19,068 bases of DNA. It comes from Candidatus Heimdallarchaeota archaeon. GTDB taxonomy: Archaea; Asgardarchaeota; Heimdallarchaeia; Heimdallarchaeales; Kariarchaeaceae. The stretch lies in NCBI GenBank assembly GCA_015523565.1, contig WAKA01000169.1, positions 1-19,068 of the forward strand, in the 5' to 3' direction. Below, piece after piece: positions 15,951-19,068 of the stretch; positions within the stretch are counted from its first letter, which is position 1; each line of letters opens with the position of its first letter. The notes beneath the pieces are model-generated. The model was given only the letters and a program-made list of their open reading frames with translations. It was not told the origin of the DNA and ran no database searches. The translations under genes were made by a program, and so were the position numbers.

Positions 15951-18671
15951 ATGGCTGAGACTTTACCTAAACAAATAGACGCTATCAAATTCGGATTGCT
16001 CTCCCCAGACGAAATCCGAAAAATCAGTGTCCAAAGAATTGTAACTGCGGACACATTCGACGAAGACGGCACTCCAATTCCAAACGGTCTGATGGATTCT
16101 GCATTGGGAACTATTGATCCAGGAACACGATGTAGTACTTGCGGTAACAGAATTGGAGGATGCCCCGGACATTTTGGACATATTGAACTCCAGCGACCAA
16201 TCATCCACGTTGGTTTCAATAAGACAATTTACAAAATTCTACAGGTCATATGCAGAAAATGCTCCAGGATCATGCTCCCTCAAAAAGAGATTAGCAGATA
16301 TGTGAAAATCATAAAGAGGAAACGTGAAGAAACTGGAACATTGGATATTGAATACATTGAGGAGATTTGGAAGAAGGCAAAGAGAAATAGAGACCAGTTG
16401 ATTAATCCAAAGGGGGAGGATGCAGGGCGAGGGTGCTACCATTGTGGAGAATTCCAGCACAAGATAAGATTGGAGAAACCCACAACATATTATGAGGAAT
16501 TCGAAACTGCTGAAGGAAACAAAGTTTCTGACAAGCTTTCTGCATTGGATGTTCAAAACAGGTTGAAAGGAATTCCAGATGATGATGCATTACTCTTGGG
16601 AGTGGATCCAGAAAGTGCAAGACCAGAATGGATGGTTCTTGATGTTTTACTTGTTCCACCAGTCAGCGTAAGACCAAGCATTACATTGGATTCAGGGATC
16701 AGGTCAGAGGATGACTTGACACACAAATTGGTGGATATCATCAGGATAAACCAGAAACTCTATGACAATAGGGAATCAGGGGCACCACAATTGATTGTGG
16801 AAGACCTTTGGGAACTCTTGCAATATCATGTGACCACATATTTTGATAATGAGGTAAGTGGAATACCACCTGCAAGACATAGAAGTGGAAGAGCCTTAAG
16901 AACATTGGCACAGAGATTAAAAGGAAAAGAAGGACGGTTCAGATCAAATCTCAGCGGGAAACGTGTCGATTTCTCTGCAAGAACTGTCATCTCCCCAGAC
17001 CCACTGCTGTCGATTAATCAAGTAGGAGTACCAAAGGAAATTGCAGAGATATTGACAGTTCCTGAAAGGGTCACAGAATGGAATATTGAAGAGATGAAAG
17101 AATTAGTGATGCAAGGACCAACAGGTCACCCAGGAGTCAATTATATCATCAGGGATGATGGGAGAAGAGTTGACCTTAGATTTGCAAGGGATCCCTCATT
17201 TATTGCAAATTCACTAAGACCAGGGTTTGTTATCGAAAGACATTTGCGAGATGGGGATATTGTTCTGTTCAATCGACAACCAAGCCTTCACAGAATGAGT
17301 ATCATGGCTCACGAAGTAAAAGTGATGCCGTATAAAACCTTCAGACTTAATCTCTCAGTATGCCGACCCTACAATGCCGACTTCGATGGGGATGAAATGA
17401 ACCTGCATGTCCCCCAAAGTGAGGAAGCACGGGCAGAAGCGGCAATACTGATGAAAGTGCAAGAACAGATAAGCACGCCCAGATATGGTGGACCAATAAT
17501 CGGCGCAATACAGGACTTCATCACTGCCTCTTACTTTATGACAAGACGGGGGACATATTTCGATAAAAGCGTAACTAGTGAGTTATTGACTACCGCAGGA
17601 GTTAGTGAAATACCAAAACCTGACAAAGTTGATGATGATGGCAACCCACTCTGGTCAGGAAGAACCCTTTTCAGTGCTCTCCTCCCCAAGACACTAAATT
17701 TCCAAATGAAAAACAAACTTTGTGAATGCAGTAAAACACAACCAGATGGGCAATGCTTAAAGGAAAATTGCCCAACCGATGGGTACGTCATCATCAGAAA
17801 CGGGAAACTTATTGCAGGAGTCATCGATAAGAGTGGATTCGGTGCAGAAGTGCCAAATTCAGTTCTCCATAGAATTCTCAAGGAAAACGGTACTGACACC
17901 ACAAGAATTTTCCTTGACGGCGTAACAAAAATGCTTGCCGCATATATTACAAGGAAAGGATTTTCAATCGGTGTAGACGCTGTTGAGGTGCCAGCAGAAG
18001 GCAAAGCCAGAATCCAGAAAGAAATAGAGGAGAAAAAGCAAGAGGTAGACGAACTGATCCAAAAATACCATGAAGGAAAGCTTGAACGAATACCAGGCAA
18101 TACATTGGAAGAAACATTGGAGGCACATATCCAAGACATTCTTGCAAAAGCCCGTGATGAAGCTGGAAACATAAGTGCAGAATATTTGGGTATGAAAAAT
18201 GAGGCAGTGATCATGGCAAAAACCGGTGCAAGGGGAAACATGATCAATCTTGCACAAATGAGTGCCTGTGTCGGTCAACAGTCGGTTCGTGGAAATAGGA
18301 TCATGAGAGGTTACAAGAATAGGACATTGCCACATTTCAAACCAGGAGACCTTTCCGCAGATGCACATGGATTTGTCAATTCAAGCTTCAGATCTGGATT
18401 GACACCAATAGAGTTCTTTATGCATGCCTGTGGTGGACGTGAAGGATTGGTCGATACAGCAGTCAGGACAAGCAGTAGTGGTTACATGCAAAGAAGACTC
18501 GTCAATGCAATGCAGGATCTTGCATCACATTATGACCGAACAGTCAGGAACTCAACTGGGGAGATCATTCAATTCAAATTCGGGGAAGACAATGTAGACC
18601 CTGCAAAAAGCGATTTTGGAAGAGCTGTTAACCTTGACGTGATCTTGCAGAAAGTGCTGGATGAGGAATAG
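15951..18671 (+). CDS. rpoA1: DNA-directed RNA polymerase subunit A' (Rpo1N)
   Basis: CSTC...CPGHFGHIEL clamp zinc site, RLKGKEGRFRSNLSGKRVDFSARTVI, FNRQPSLH, catalytic YNADFDGDEMN, bridge helix GGREGLVDTAVRTSSSGYMQRRL; ends at the archaeal A'/A'' split. Confidence 0.99.
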   Translation: MAETLPKQIDAIKFGLLSPDEIRKISVQRIVTADTFDEDGTPIPNGLMDSALGTIDPGTRCSTCGNRIGGCPGHFGHIELQRPIIHVGFNKTIYKILQVICRKCSRIMLPQKEISRYVKIIKRKREETGTLDIEYIEEIWKKAKRNRDQLINPKGEDAGRGCYHCGEFQHKIRLEKPTTYYEEFETAEGNKVSDKLSALDVQNRLKGIPDDDALLLGVDPESARPEWMVLDVLLVPPVSVRPSITLDSGIRSEDDLTHKLVDIIRINQKLYDNRESGAPQLIVEDLWELLQYHVTTYFDNEVSGIPPARHRSGRALRTLAQRLKGKEGRFRSNLSGKRVDFSARTVISPDPLLSINQVGVPKEIAEILTVPERVTEWNIEEMKELVMQGPTGHPGVNYIIRDDGRRVDLRFARDPSFIANSLRPGFVIERHLRDGDIVLFNRQPSLHRMSIMAHEVKVMPYKTFRLNLSVCRPYNADFDGDEMNLHVPQSEEARAEAAILMKVQEQISTPRYGGPIIGAIQDFITASYFMTRRGTYFDKSVTSELLTTAGVSEIPKPDKVDDDGNPLWSGRTLFSALLPKTLNFQMKNKLCECSKTQPDGQCLKENCPTDGYVIIRNGKLIAGVIDKSGFGAEVPNSVLHRILKENGTDTTRIFLDGVTKMLAAYITRKGFSIGVDAVEVPAEGKARIQKEIEEKKQEVDELIQKYHEGKLERIPGNTLEETLEAHIQDILAKARDEAGNISAEYLGMKNEAVIMAKTGARGNMINLAQMSACVGQQSVRGNRIMRGYKNRTLPHFKPGDLSADAHGFVNSSFRSGLTPIEFFMHACGGREGLVDTAVRTSSSGYMQRRLVNAMQDLASHYDRTVRNSTGEIIQFKFGEDNVDPAKSDFGRAVNLDVILQKVLDEE

Positions 18672-18684
18672 GAGGTAGAATAAA

Positions 18685-19068
18685 ATGGCAAGAAAAAAAT
18701 ATCTGACATATAAAGAATTCAAAAACCAACTTGATGCATATTTGGCTCGAAAGGACAGGTTAGTCCCTGTGGAAATCATAGAGCAGTTGGAAGAGAAAGT
18801 CCTTAAGAGAGCTGAAGAAATTGCCAAAAAGAAAAACGTAAATCCAGCAGGCAAAACTTATATCACGCAAGAACAGCTCGACAGCCTGATGGAAGAGATA
18901 GTTAAAAATTATTTGATATACAAAGAATTCAAAAATCAACTTGATGCATATTTGGCTCGAAAAGAAAGGTTATTCCCTGTGGAAACCATAGAGCAGTTGG
19001 AAGAGAAAATCCTCAAGAGAGCTGAAGGAATTGCCAAGAAGAAAAACGTAAATCCAGCAGGCAAAACC
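18685..19068 (+). CDS. rpoA2: Probable RNA polymerase subunit A'' (Rpo1C), 5' part only, with duplicated N-terminal module
   Basis: ATG 18685 after SD GGAGGT (18671-18676), directly downstream of rpo1N, open to the window edge. VPVEIIEQLEEKV...ITQEQLDSLMEEIVKNY resembles the LP..I.E.L...IT.E.LD.I.....K.Y N-terminal helices of archaeal Rpo1C. The diagnostic PGEAVG...GEPGTQMT motif is not reached in this window. Confidence 0.72.
   Translation, partial: MARKKYLTYKEFKNQLDAYLARKDRLVPVEIIEQLEEKVLKRAEEIAKKKNVNPAGKTYITQEQLDSLMEEIVKNYLIYKEFKNQLDAYLARKERLFPVETIEQLEEKILKRAEGIAKKKNVNPAGKT
18700..19068 (+). repeat. In-frame 210-bp tandem repeat (unit 1 18700-18909; unit 2 from 18910, truncated by the window edge)
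   Basis: Manual alignment gives 13 mismatches over the 159 comparable nt (about 92% identity) and no indels. Confidence 0.97.

Noticed and set aside
15951-18671. Intein in Rpo1N, or a fused Rpo1N-Rpo1C
   Set aside because: The 906-aa length is normal, no intein motifs are visible, and a TAG stop followed by an SD and a new ATG shows the subunit is split.
142-18854. Many short antisense or alternate-frame ORFs in the track (e.g. 291-662, 1367-1771, 8629-9171, 14535-14867, 17531-18247, 18552-18854)
   Set aside because: They are shadows of well-supported genes and have no recognisable motifs.
18700-19068. Tandem repeat as a CRISPR array or mobile element
   Set aside because: The units are contiguous, 210 nt long, in frame and coding, with no spacers or terminal inverted repeats.

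Overview
Archaeal chromosomal window with no mobile element or CRISPR array. Archaeal origin is shown by the split RNA polymerase largest subunit (Rpo1N/Rpo1C), TATA-type promoters with many apparently leaderless genes, and a thiolase-DUF35 pair. An Asgard (Heimdallarchaeia-like) origin is my inference only. Gene content, mostly on the minus strand: partial ABC substrate-binding protein, saccharopine dehydrogenase-family enzyme, two paralogous 26-aa alpha-solenoid repeat proteins, membrane-anchored M14 carboxypeptidase, GDPD, dolichol/phytol kinase-like protein, ALDH16 plus long-type DERA (deoC), PNPOx-like protein, DUF35 plus thiolase, MBL-fold hydrolase, tRNA-Gly(CCC), nucleotidyltransferase and TetR regulator, then rpo1N and the start of a probable rpo1C on the plus strand. 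The most interesting signals are absent from the ORF track: (1) a 38-aa single-TM ORF (14818-14934, minus) that aligns without gaps to eukaryotic oligosaccharyltransferase subunit OST4; (2) a recent in-frame 210-bp tandem duplication at the N-terminus of the probable Rpo1C; (3) a ~215-nt intergenic segment with nested and crossing base-pairing potential (candidate structured RNA); (4) a hairpin plus T-tract in the rpo1N leader. All homology calls are by eye against remembered sequences; no searches were run.
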